A stretch of 64,000 nucleotides of DNA from Antedon mediterranea (lineage: Eukaryota > Animalia > Echinodermata), in contig NC_092673.1 in assembly GCF_964355755.1 (NCBI RefSeq), positions 30,439,648 to 30,503,647 on the forward strand. The letters are read 5' to 3'. The notes under the pieces were generated by a model, which saw nothing but the letters and a program-made list of their open reading frames with translations, did not search any database and was not told the DNA's origin. Shown here one piece after another: positions 38,301-46,256 of this stretch. The number at the start of each line of letters is the position of its first letter. Position 1 is the first letter of the stretch. A program made the translations under genes and the position numbers.

Positions 38301-40461
38301 TTCTACAGAAATAATGAACATTTTTTTGTATACTTATTGTCATTGTACAGTAGGATTGTATATAAAGCTCTGTCTACACTATCAAACTGTATGTGATGTG
38401 CTGTTTTGCCCATATATGGACACGATGATCACATCACACTTTTTTTATAGAAACATCGACCAACTTTTTTGTAAATATCTAGTTAGATATTCCACTTATA
38501 GTCATATTATATTTGAAATTACTTTTATAGAGGCAGTGTGTATTAGGCCTACTGTGTTATTTTTAAATCTAGCGATTGCAGATTACGTGTAGGAGATGCG
38601 TTCTCTATGTAAATGATACAGAGGCGCTACGGTTCTTATTCACTTACGTTTGGGCCGTATGACACAATAACAGACCAAATTCCAAATGTCGGGTACGAAG
38701 AGAACTGGTATATTTCAGTATGATAGCCAGTAATTGTAGAGATGTCTTCAGTCCTCTCGATAATGGCGCCGGTAGGTGTGATAATATCTAATCGAACTAT
38801 TCTGTCGGTAGGTTTGAGTTGCTCATTCAAGGAAATCACTCTGATTTTAGCTAGAATTGAAATAACACAAGAACAACGCTAACAATGTTACCAATCATAA
38901 GCGATGAATGATCCAAGCTCTCGCTTGTGATTGATCTACTCAATTGAGTTGCGAGTACGATTTTAGGGCGAGTATGAATTTAGAGCGAGTATGAATTTAG
39001 GTTGAGTCCAAGTAGGAACCAAGTCATTGCCGACTTGGTTCCAAAAATATTGACATTATTTTAATGATTTTAAACATTATTATTACGTTTCATTGTTATT
39101 ATAGATTATGTTTACTTTGAATTAAATTGAATTTATTTACAAAAGAAAATAAGTCAGGATTTGACAATAATGGTAAATTTAACAAATTAACTTTGAATAA
39201 AGAGATTCGGTTAATTTGACCATATCCAGTTTGTTAGAATACATTGTTATTAACATACTACAGTAGCCTACATACCTTCCTGATCAGGAGTATAAATAGG
39301 TTTGTCAGTCTGGATAAACACAACCTGATTTTTAGTTGTCACCAACGCAGTAACTGTTTTATCAAATTTAAGTGCAGGATCGATGGAAAATGCCTGCACT
39401 CGTATTGTTGGAATTTCTTCATCGGCTGGTAGTTCGGATGGATCCACAATAAAATTAACTATTTTAGGTGTACCTAGGAGAGATACAAAGTGTTGAATGT
39501 TAATCTTATCGAGATAAAACAGAAATAGGCATGATAGATATGTTATGCAGGTATTATTGTCTACATACCCCTTGTAAAAAGAAATAATAATAGTTGCATT
39601 ACTCAATTTATTTGAGAAACATTGTATTAGGGCCTATTGTAAGGGTCCGTTAGGAAAACCAGAGCCTGTAGTGTAAATACTACATTATTGGTACAAATTA
39701 GGATAAATACAATAGGTTGGAAATTTCATTTATGAAAACGATTACATTTTGTACTTTATCAATGAAAAGATTAAATCCGGAGTTGACCTTCGATGATAAT
39801 CTGTAGGCCTCATACAGATTCATTTGCCTACCTGCTTCAACTTGAATGCTTCGGGTGGCTATTGCTTTATTTTCACTCGTAAACAGTTTAACTGTTACAG
39901 CTATAGCTTGGTTTGTACCGAAAATAGCCACCAGTACATCTTCCTCAACATTAGCACGAAATACATTAGGCGCAGTGATAAAATACCGTCTAGAAAATTA
40001 GACATTATGCTGGTATTAATAACAATACGTAGGCTACTTGTATTATTATAGTTATTATTATCAAAACAACAGCCAATGAAAAACAAATTATATATTTAGT
40101 TTCAAGAAAACATTGAAACAGGCGAATAGGTAATATCAGTAGGCCTAATACAAGGTAAAATATGAAAACTAAATACGAAAATAGACTCTAAACTCTAAAA
40201 TGAAAATAGTATTAAAACGCATACATATCCTTTCGTTGGGTTCAAGTGGGAACTATAGCTTTAGTTGGGTTAGGGTTATTTCGAAGACTTTTTTTAATAA
40301 TAATCATTTCTACTGATTTTTATTTTAATCAAAAAATAAGTGTAGGCTTAAGTGTAAATAAAATAGTGTAGGACTAATTACTGAAAATAATAATATTAAA
40401 CTTACCCATTCACAACATGAACTACCACAAGTAGCCCAAGTAAATGTACCGGTTTAAACAT
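8321..40461 (-). CDS. C3: Complement C3-like protein, gene 1 (complete, 35 coding exons, intact thioester)
   Basis: Hand-traced GT-AG exons with compatible phases: 40406-40461 (signal peptide MFKPVHLLGLLVVVHVVNG), 39832-39989 (RYFITAPNVFR), 39276-39473 ([11 protein letters not shown]), 38648-38850, 38260-38302, 38068-38152 (EY|VLPTFEV), 37761-37860, 37037-37273, 24643-24840, 24303-24425, 23819-23887, 23172-23363, 22781-22930 (ALLAVDEAVY), 22390-22534 (DLGCGPGGG), 22085-22135 (RRRKR), 21597-21945 (ANATO + RSNFPETW), 21250-21478 (PDSITNW), 20823-21032, 19429-19564, 18992-19096, 18619-18813 (GCGEQ), 17740-17815, 16854-17025 (HQEMI), 16589-16690, 15964-16299 (IEATGYALM), 15440-15595, 14762-14821, 14497-14636, 13920-14013 (TNMAIVDIGLISGY), 13542-13719 (VYDYYSP), 12876-12965 (anchor CRKFY..C....C.C), 12383-12481, 11852-11935, 9248-9398, 8321-8447 (YIEEWP...GCSV*). 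ANATO plus a C-terminal C345C domain places it with C3/C4/C5 rather than A2M/CD109. Confidence 0.93.
10016..10087 (+). ncRNA. tRNA-derived pseudogene/SINE head with an inverted partial copy upstream (9890-9949)
   Basis: GCTCCAGTGGTCTAATGGTTAGGAC...CCGGGTTCGAATCTCGGTTGGGGCG then TTTTT; poor anticodon stem. Confidence 0.65.
10152..11676 (+). mobile_element. Non-autonomous Helitron (family A), second copy, in gene 1 intron 33
   Basis: Near-identical reverse complement of 28539-30063; A|TC...CTAG|T; internal ~260-bp tandem duplication (10610-11135); lacks the terminal hairpin. Confidence 0.9.
16854..16868 (-). other. Catalytic histidine motif HQEMI(GG) of gene 1
   Basis: GKFQETYNAHHQEMI|GG aligns with human C3 GVFQEDAPVIHQEMIGG; His codon at 16866-16868. 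Confidence 0.9.
17270..17709. mobile_element. MITE (PIF/Harbinger-like ends)
   Basis: TIR AGCTTGGTTCGCACTAGCGACGCAACG / CGTTGCGTCGCTAGTGGGAACCACGCT in TTA context; relative at 42536-42731; internal sequence repeated at ~18050-18390. Confidence 0.75.
18725..18739 (-). other. Thioester motif GCGEQ (gene 1)
   Basis: Codons GGA TGT GGT GAA CAG in context TPNGCGEQTM. Confidence 0.97.
19749..19895. mobile_element. MITE with TIR AGCTCTGTCTACACTATCAAA
   Basis: Perfect ~22-bp TIRs; partial relatives at ~24505-24620, ~38367-38445, ~50285-50596 and ~57480-57602. Confidence 0.8.
21597..21945 (-). other. Anaphylatoxin (C3a-like) exon of gene 1
   Basis: DNQQSCFDEYKLNEELCSACEAGFVKIPKKTCAQRIKK...VVFYNCCASKEEERNAIAGR|VGGDDEIEIDESSDVGVRSNFPETW; candidate convertase cut after AGR. 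Confidence 0.85.
22095..22109 (-). other. Beta/alpha chain furin-type processing site RRRKR (gene 1)
   Basis: GYGCPSLSQRRRKRASD immediately before the anaphylatoxin exon. Confidence 0.9.
25247..25492. repeat. 43-bp minisatellite, ~5.7 copies
   Basis: Unit GTAACCCAGGCCACAAAAGTGTGCCAGTCAAAGAAGATGAAGG, no spacers. Confidence 0.95.
26845..27300 (-). mobile_element. 5'-truncated, 5'-inverted RTE-clade LINE fragment
   Basis: Minus strand reads VLNVSWQDHLSNAQLYGNL...RRVRFVGHSFR...RRPGRP...NRDGW followed by a (TAG)n tail. Plus strand 27170-27304 reads ESVLLYGSSTWTLTKKLENTLNGTYTRMLRA. TSD GGCTCATAACTA at 26833-26844 and 27301-27312. Confidence 0.88.
27551..30618 (+). repeat. 5' LTR (1510 bp once the Helitron at 28506-30063 is removed)
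   Basis: Matches 35323-36831 on both sides of the insertion; contains an internal ~112-bp tandem duplication near 28175-28400. Confidence 0.95.
28506..30063 (-). mobile_element. Non-autonomous Helitron (family A) inserted in the 5' LTR
   Basis: Minus strand starts TCTATATATAAAT and ends with hairpin CTAGATGGTACGCGAGCGAAGCGAGCGTGCCATCTAG. Inserted between A and T with no TSD. The empty site gataaaa|ttagtgg is visible in the 3' LTR (~36276). Confidence 0.93.
30623..30639 (+). promoter_or_regulatory. Primer binding site complementary to the tRNA-Pro 3' end
   Basis: TGGGGGCTCGTCCGGGA, 4 nt after the 5' LTR; same sequence as the MLV PBS-Pro. Confidence 0.92.
30738..35279 (+). CDS. Gag-Pol polyprotein, domain order Gag(CA, 2x CCHC)-protease-integrase-RT-RNase H
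   Basis: First ATG at 30738. Zinc knuckles CFLCHRVGHLARNC and CFRCHRKGHLAKNC; protease LRDSGC; integrase H..H..CDIC, AVDIVGP/TDQGSQF/VERFNGTLK and WKGPF; RT FCVDFR, LDLSKGYWQV, MPFGL, YIDD; RNase H TDAC..EKE..TDH..ADYLSR. Confidence 0.97.
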   Translation: MDLERLVEAGKALGYSGMELREFVSEREKSEEFEKKEKQKEEREGRAHQLELRRNDQQILEMQLMLEKVKLEGGDTLRVKTCDPNTNKINARTPKLPAFNEGKDDLDSYLKRYERYAVSQGWSIEYWAINLSALLTGKSLEVYSRLSTEDADNYRTLKTALLKRFQLTADGFRNKLRLAKPETGESGHQFAARIENYLTRWIELAEAAQSYDGLKDLLLREQFTDGCGRELALFLRERQPKTIGEMADIAEQYLEARGGMFGNIIAAKRLPTTTHRQVTQEPVPIINNPQVRSNPITCFLCHRVGHLARNCRATTAFKPNTGLTCFRCHRKGHLAKNCRQDVDKCAGLRNPYTGPPHEEPKSLILQQEQSNGTVNPNPFQTPENCGGMIISSNPHKLNRCCMDNKSSYVTLKCGNLLPIMSAALKGSGPGSMPVSPGLVGQHKVTVLRDSGCSGVVIKQCYVSPDQFTGNVKTCVLIDGTVRRLPLATIQVNTPYFTGMTQALCMDNPIFDLILGNIEGVRSPDDPDKTWTGRNVPACAVTTRAQAITQSKPFKSLKTLEAVDQVITVENLRNAQNTDVTLRKAKELAENEGVRVSKSNATSHFFYKNNLLYRQFSSPSVEHGNIFTQLVVPKSLRHQVMRQAHESLLGGHQGAKKTTDKVLTNFHWPGITADITRYCRSCDICQRTVQKGRVTKVPLGNMPLIEAPFERIAVDIVGPIHPISKNRNRYILTIIDFATRYPEAIALPSIEAERVAEGLVKVFSRIGIPKEMLTDQGSQFTSEVMKQVCKLLSIKQMMTSPYHPACNGLVERFNGTLKQMLKRMCAERPSDWDRYIDPLLFAIRESPQESLGFSPFELLYGRNLRGPMTILRELWTGEVHTPETKTTYQYVVDLKERLNETCAVAQKNLQKAKGRYKKYYDKKSRAREFQVGDKVLLLLPTDRNKLLLQWKGPFPIIAKMGYLDYRIDLNGKLKTFHANLLKRYHERQDVYVAALAEFQSDVSQGALEVACTSVIESEDMVSDAPIALQMTNDNLLQLHPLQAKETIADVHISDDCDEIGRKEVKRLIANYRDVLTDLPGKTTLGNHDIKLRTDEPIRTKPYPLPHALRDTVKDEVSMMLNMGVIEPSCAPCASPIVLVKKPDGSNRFCVDFRKVNQSTVFDAEPIPDQDELFTKLATDNYFTKLDLSKGYWQVPMDERSKQLTSFVTPNGLFQFKVMPFGLVNAPATFSRIMRKLLHGMENTINYIDDILIHTSSWEEHVTILKELFRRLRAANLTARPSKCFIGYESIEFLGHVVGKGHLKPRPEKIQSIVQAKRPETKKQLRSFLGTTNYYRRFIPHYSAIASPLTDRTKNQEPNKIRWEVSQENAFKTLKSKLTSKPILCLPDLSKPFILRTDACDEGIGAVLLQNYGNEKFPVAYASKKLLPREKAYSIMEKECLSIIWSVRKFETYLYGREFTLETDHQPLVYMQKAKLANGRIMRWALALQPYRFRIEAIKGSDNVGADYLSRSSCS
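35308..35322 (+). promoter_or_regulatory. Polypurine tract
   Basis: GAGTGGGGGGAAAAA directly before the 3' LTR. Confidence 0.85.
35323..36831 (+). repeat. 3' LTR (1509 bp)
   Basis: TG...CA; only about three differences from the 5' LTR seen by eye. Confidence 0.95.
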
Positions 40462-40555
40462 CACGGTATCTCTACTATCAAACTACATCAACGAATTCTG
40501 AGCATAAGTAACAGGAATGGTCGTTGCTGTGAATATCCAGGGATGGGATTATGTA

Positions 40556-40563
40556 TTTATATA
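40556..40563 (-). promoter_or_regulatory. Candidate TATA box of gene 1
   Basis: TATATAAA on the minus strand ~95 bp upstream of the ATG, inside the block that aligns with the third exon-1 copy. The AT-rich background weakens the call. Confidence 0.4.
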
Positions 40564-40970
40564 GAGTGAAAGTAAGGAGTGCCCATACGGAAATATTTCT
40601 TTGCTTATCAATAGTTTAGAACCCGGATGTACCATAGATATCCAAAGTTGAAAACTGCACCCTGCCTATATACCAGAAGCAGAGTAGATCAACAGCAACA
40701 CCGACCGCCAAAGTTTGGACACTACCCAGTCTTTTCCTGACCACGATAGTAATTTTTTATTGAAAATAAACTCAGAAAAAAGTGGTAGTTAATTATAGCT
40801 TACATTTTTTCGATCTAAACAAGGTATGTCTGATATACAGTCAATCCCATTATTTCCCAATTTTTGTTAAAGTAGGACCTGAAAGGAATGAAAAGGGTAC
40901 CTTCTCCACCACCACATAACGCAACACCTATTTTATCAAATTGGTACCAATGTCTATCTGTGAAGTATAG

Positions 40971-41860
40971 TGTGTGTCTTCAAATATCCACATGCTTTCA
41001 ATTTTGTAAAAACATAAAACAAATGCATGACAGCAATGCCAGGAACTATTTTAACTGAAAAGTTCTCCATCTTTTTTAAGAAATAATGTTAAGTAGCGTG
41101 AATATATGCTCTACTTGAACTCTTCAAATTAGCTGACGCCCCATCCTGTGTCTTGGCCTACGTGCTGTACAATGGCCGGATCTAACAACATATCACAAGG
41201 AACTAATACAAACTCAAGTAGGCAATATTAAAGCAGAAAAAGAAAAGGGAAATTTTCAGAAGAAAGTGAAACAGTTAACAATTGGCAAACTGTTTTCAGG
41301 AATTTTATTCTTGTTAGGACCCTTCGATTTAGTCCAGTGTCTAATAGCCTGAATGTGGAATGTGGAATTGTTGTAGTATGCGCACATGTGTGAATATTCA
41401 AATGATGAGTTTACTATTCTTGCGCCACTAATTACGATCGCACAAATTTGCATACTTTTTAAAGACCCATTCCCTACAATTTGTGACGCTTAAAAAAAAA
41501 AAATAATGCATATATATTACTTTAAAAACATTAAATCAGGTCATTACTTGTCTTAAATGTACGTTTTATGGAAAATTATGATAAAAAGAGAAAAACAATG
41601 CACTACCTAACCTAAGTAGCTTGTGGTGAATGTTGGTGATTGTTGGTGAATCGTGGACGGACTTTAAGACTAGAATAGCTAGGCTTAGTTTTGTATAGGC
41701 CTAGCTGGTAAACATCGGTAACGTACGAACATCGTACGGTAGCTACAGGCTGAGCCTGACGTTGTACAGTTGCTGCATTAATTGTCTTTCTGTTTTTGTA
41801 TGACTTGAAACATATGGTATCTTTTGTTGTTTAACAGAATAGAAATATTATAATTTATTT
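40971..41860. repeat. Dispersed repeat ~500 bp upstream of the gene 1 start
   Basis: Inverted copy of 1912-3056. Confidence 0.85.
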
Positions 41861-42535
41861 ATTTAATGAATAGTTTGAATCTGAATACTATATTTATACT
41901 GTAAATTCTTCAAACAGTTATTAGGTTACAAATTGATATCATCATAATACAATAATCAATACAGTAATTTTGATAAACAAATTAAAATGCAAAAAAAACA
42001 AAAAAAAAACCCCAACTAATTTCATTTGTAGGCCTACAGAACTAGGAGGACACGGATACAGGAAGCTAACGAGATGTTTAATTGGGCCAACCGGAAAGTC
42101 ATGTTAAATAAATCGATTCTATCTGGATTTTTTTGACATTATAACATAAAAAAATTTTATTTATATATTATATAAATATTTTAACATTTTGTTTTTTCAC
42201 CTCTTCACTACTTTTGCACAATAAAACAACGCATGTTTCTGATACAATTTCAAATGAAAGTTTATTTTCAAACTGTAAGATCAAATTAATTTGTAAATTA
42301 TTAAATTATGTTAACAATTATTGATTATTAATCAGGACTTGAAAGCTGAATGAAATCTCTACATAATTATTAAAAATGAATCGAATGTGTTTTGTTTTGT
42401 CATCCGCAGATTGCAAATAAAAACAATATAAATAAAGGTTGTTAGTATACAGAGAATGTGAGAAAAACAGGGGTGTACTGTCTGCCCTCTAAACAAAAAA
42501 AAACATATAAACAACGTGATACATCTTTACTATAA

Positions 42536-43454
42536 AGCTTGGTTCCCACTAGCGACACAACCTGAGCAACGTAACGTTATTCCAATAATTGTGTTTGCCC
42601 CCGCCTGCGTGAAATCAAACCTGCGATATTTGCAGCATTGCTGTTCCGTCGTCGGTTCCCACTTGTAATTACGAAATACAGCACTTTGCGTCGATACGTC
42701 GCTGCGTTGCATTGTTAGTGGGAACCACGCTTAAAGGCCAGGTGCAGGGAAAAGATTTATATTGATCATACATTCCAATAATTATCGATCTATAGTTTCC
42801 CCTATGTTTCATAATTTTTGGGATTTTATTTGTGTTACATGAGCTTGTTGAAAATAAGCACTTTCTTATCAGTGGGGGATAGTTCAAATTACACAGTAAA
42901 ACCTCTATTCTTTTGTACACAAATTTTGTAAATAGAGAGGCATTTTAAAAAGCTATGAAAAATAAACGGTGTGGTAAAAAAAGTCATCAGATGACTAAAT
43001 ATAGGTAATATAACTTGAATATTACATTTCTGATATTTTTATTCAACTTCAGATTTTTATTTTCATGCTATAGCAAAAATTATCCACCGTATATCCACCA
43101 TCTTGTTTCACCGTCTAGGGAGTCACCAGACATGTTATTACATTAGGTTAACTACCTAACTACGGAAAAAAAGTCTTCCTGGTTTTTATGGAAGAATTTT
43201 GCCAAATTTTGTATTTGACCATATTAAGGGAAATTCATGTTTTTTCGTCTCGATTTCTGTTACAAAAATTTGATACAAATTTGACCAAATATTATATTTA
43301 AAATTCATGCCTGTACCTGAGCTTTAAAGCCTATTTTCCACTAGACAAATTCTCGTCGCAGAAGGGAGTATGACAAACAGAAACTGGAATACGCATGCCC
43401 ATAGCATGACGCTTCCGATTCGCGCGAACAAATTCGCCTAGTGGAAAATAGGCT
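42536..43454. mobile_element. Three abutting MITEs (42536-42731, 42735-43323, 43328-43454)
   Basis: Each has its own TIRs (AGCTTGGTTCCCACTAG; AGGCCAGGTGCAGG/CCTGTACCTGAGCT; AGCCTATTTTCCACTAG), joined through TTAA. Confidence 0.7.
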
Positions 43455-43827
43455 TTAATTGCTTTTTGATTCTGCTTCCTTCTGAGTATTCTCTCTCTCA
43501 TTAGATTTCCGTTTACTTTTTTTAATTTCCAAAGTTACATAAGTAATAAGTTACATACTACTAATTATTTATAAGTACTACGTTGTTTATTATTTTTTCA
43601 ACACTTACAAATACATCGAAAAATAGTCACAAAAGTCACTTCTTCTTCTTTCTTTTGTTATGTTAGTTTGATCGTTAAATATTTTTTAATTTTGTTATCA
43701 AAAAATAAAATAATATAATAATTAAAGGTGGTTACGGTGTTAAAAAAATTAAGTATTAACATTAATATGATGTTAAGTAACATAAATTATTTAATCTGGC
43801 ACTCAATGACAGTTTTAAGTAGCTTAA

Positions 43828-45392
43828 TCAAACCAAGCATCCGTTTTTCATATCTTTCTTGAATTTATTGAGTTGCCTAGCTCTTTTTGTATTCGAACCT
43901 GGCCACTCTTCAATATAGCTAGTACTATCAAGTAGGTACTTAAATCTGTAAAAATGGAACGATGCGTTTTACAATATTCGGACTTTTCCGTTGAAATCAT
44001 AAGATCTCGTAACGTAATTTGATCAATCACAACGCGATGGCTCACTCAAACTGACGTTAATGATCGGTTAGCTCACTTTCCTACGTCATTGGAAGCAAAT
44101 TATAGAGTTTAGTCAACGAATGTTTCTTTTGTTGTGTTATATGGTCACTTTCAATTACTTTTGATAACAACGGTGATTTTTTAAACGAGTTTTACAAAAA
44201 AAATATATTTTTTAATTGAATAGTTATTAATTCTGCTTATTCAGTGATTCCTGAAATGATCATTGTATATACAAGTTTATGCTTAAAAAATGAAAAAAAG
44301 CTTACTTGGTATAGTTGCCATCTTTGTAGGGAATACCATCTTTGCCCATTATCAGATACGTGTGGCCAAGTTGAAAATCTTTACAACCTACACACGAACT
44401 CTTTATAATGAAATTGCGAGGCGATACCGCCGACGCCTCTTCAAATGTATCTTTGCCTACAAACAAATCGATACATTCTCAATGGCTGAGACGTAATGGT
44501 CAGTGATGGGGTCAAGATTATGGCTTCAATCCTGCCTCCTGTAGTATATTGATTGTATCCTTAGATAAGATACTTTCATTGCCGTTGGTCCAGTATAGCA
44601 AAAATGTACTTTAAAGAACTTGGTACTATTTTTTAAAAGTAGGAAATCCCTCCCGGTGGTGTGCTAATATGGGTAGGCGCCTAAATAACCGTTGCGAATT
44701 AAAGTGGGAATTTATTCTGACTTGTTAAGCCTTCACTGATTGTGAGGGCGTTTGTTGTATGAGAGAATGTATCTGGGGGGTGAAAATCTGTGATAATACC
44801 ATACATGGCTCTGTGGTCTAGTGGTATGATACTCGCCCTGTAAGCGAGAGGTTGCAGGTTCGAATCCAGCCAGAGACATTTTTTCATACAACTAAAAAAT
44901 ATGGAACTTTCGCCAATGAGCTATGCTCGACGCGATTATGAGATCATGTTCCGAATATGAGCACTGTTTCTATAATTTACAGTACGATTTATATATAATT
45001 TACACAGTGCTACGCAACATCATTGATTTACATATACACAATATTATTTAAAAAACCGTTGCGAATTAAAGTGGGAATTTATTCTGACTTGTTAAGCCTT
45101 CACTGATTGTGAGGGCGTTTGTTGTATGAGAGAATGTATCTGGGGGGTGAAAATCTGTGATAATACCATACATGGCTCTGTGGTCTAGTGGTATGATACT
45201 CGCCCTGTAAGCGAGAGGTTGCAGGTTCGAATCCAGCCAGAGACATTTTTTCATACAACTAAAAAATATGGAACTTTCGCCAATGAGCTATGCTCGACGC
45301 AATTATGAGATCATGTTCCGAATATGAGCACTGTTTCTATAATTTACAGTATGATTTATATATAATTTACACAGTGCTACGCAACATCATTG

Positions 45393-45448
<56 letters not shown>

Positions 45449-46220
45449 GATGTTGCGTAGCACTGTGTAAATTATATATAAATCGTACTGTAAATTATAG
45501 AAACAGTGCTCATATTCGGAACATGATCTCATAAACGCGTCGAGCATAGCTCATTGGCGAAAGTTCCGTATTTTTTTAGTATTATCACAGATTTCCACCC
45601 ACCAGATACATCCTCTCATACAACAAACGCCCTCACAAACCAGATCTGGTGGGTGAAAATCTGTGATAATACCATACATGGCTCTGTGGTCTAGTGGTAT
45701 GATACTCGCCCTGTAAGCGAGAGGTTGCAGGTTCGAATCCCGCTAGAGACATTTTTTCATACAACTAAAAAAATACGGAACTTTCGCCAATGAGCTATGC
45801 TCGACGCGTTTATGAGATCATGTTCCGAATATGAGAACTGTTTCTATAATTTACAGTACGATTTATATATAATTTACACAGTGCTACGCAACATCATTGA
45901 TTTACATATACACAATATTATTTAAAAAACCGTTGCGAATTAAAGTTGGAATTTATTCTGACTTGTTAAGCCTCCACTGATTGTGAGGGTGTTTGTTGTA
46001 TGAGAGGATGTATCTGGTGGGTGATAATCTGTGATAACACCATACATGGCTCTGTGGTCTAGTGGTATGATACTCGCCCTGTAAGCGAGAGGTTGCAGGT
46101 TCGAATCCAGCCAGAGACATTTTTTCTAAAAAATACGGAACTTTCGCCAATGAGCTACGCTCGACGCAATTATGAGATCATGTTCCGAATATGAGCACTG
46201 TTTCTATAATTTACAGTATG

Positions 46221-46256
<36 letters not shown>

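Noticed and set aside
40520-40610. NF-kB and GATA sites in the gene 1 promoter
   Set aside because: Only partial matches (GGAAATATTTC, CTTATC), expected by chance in AT-rich DNA.
44807-46119. Functional tRNA-Thr(UGU) gene cluster
   Set aside because: Mismatches in the acceptor and T stems, C33, Pro-like arms and identical repeat flanks; called tRNA-like instead.
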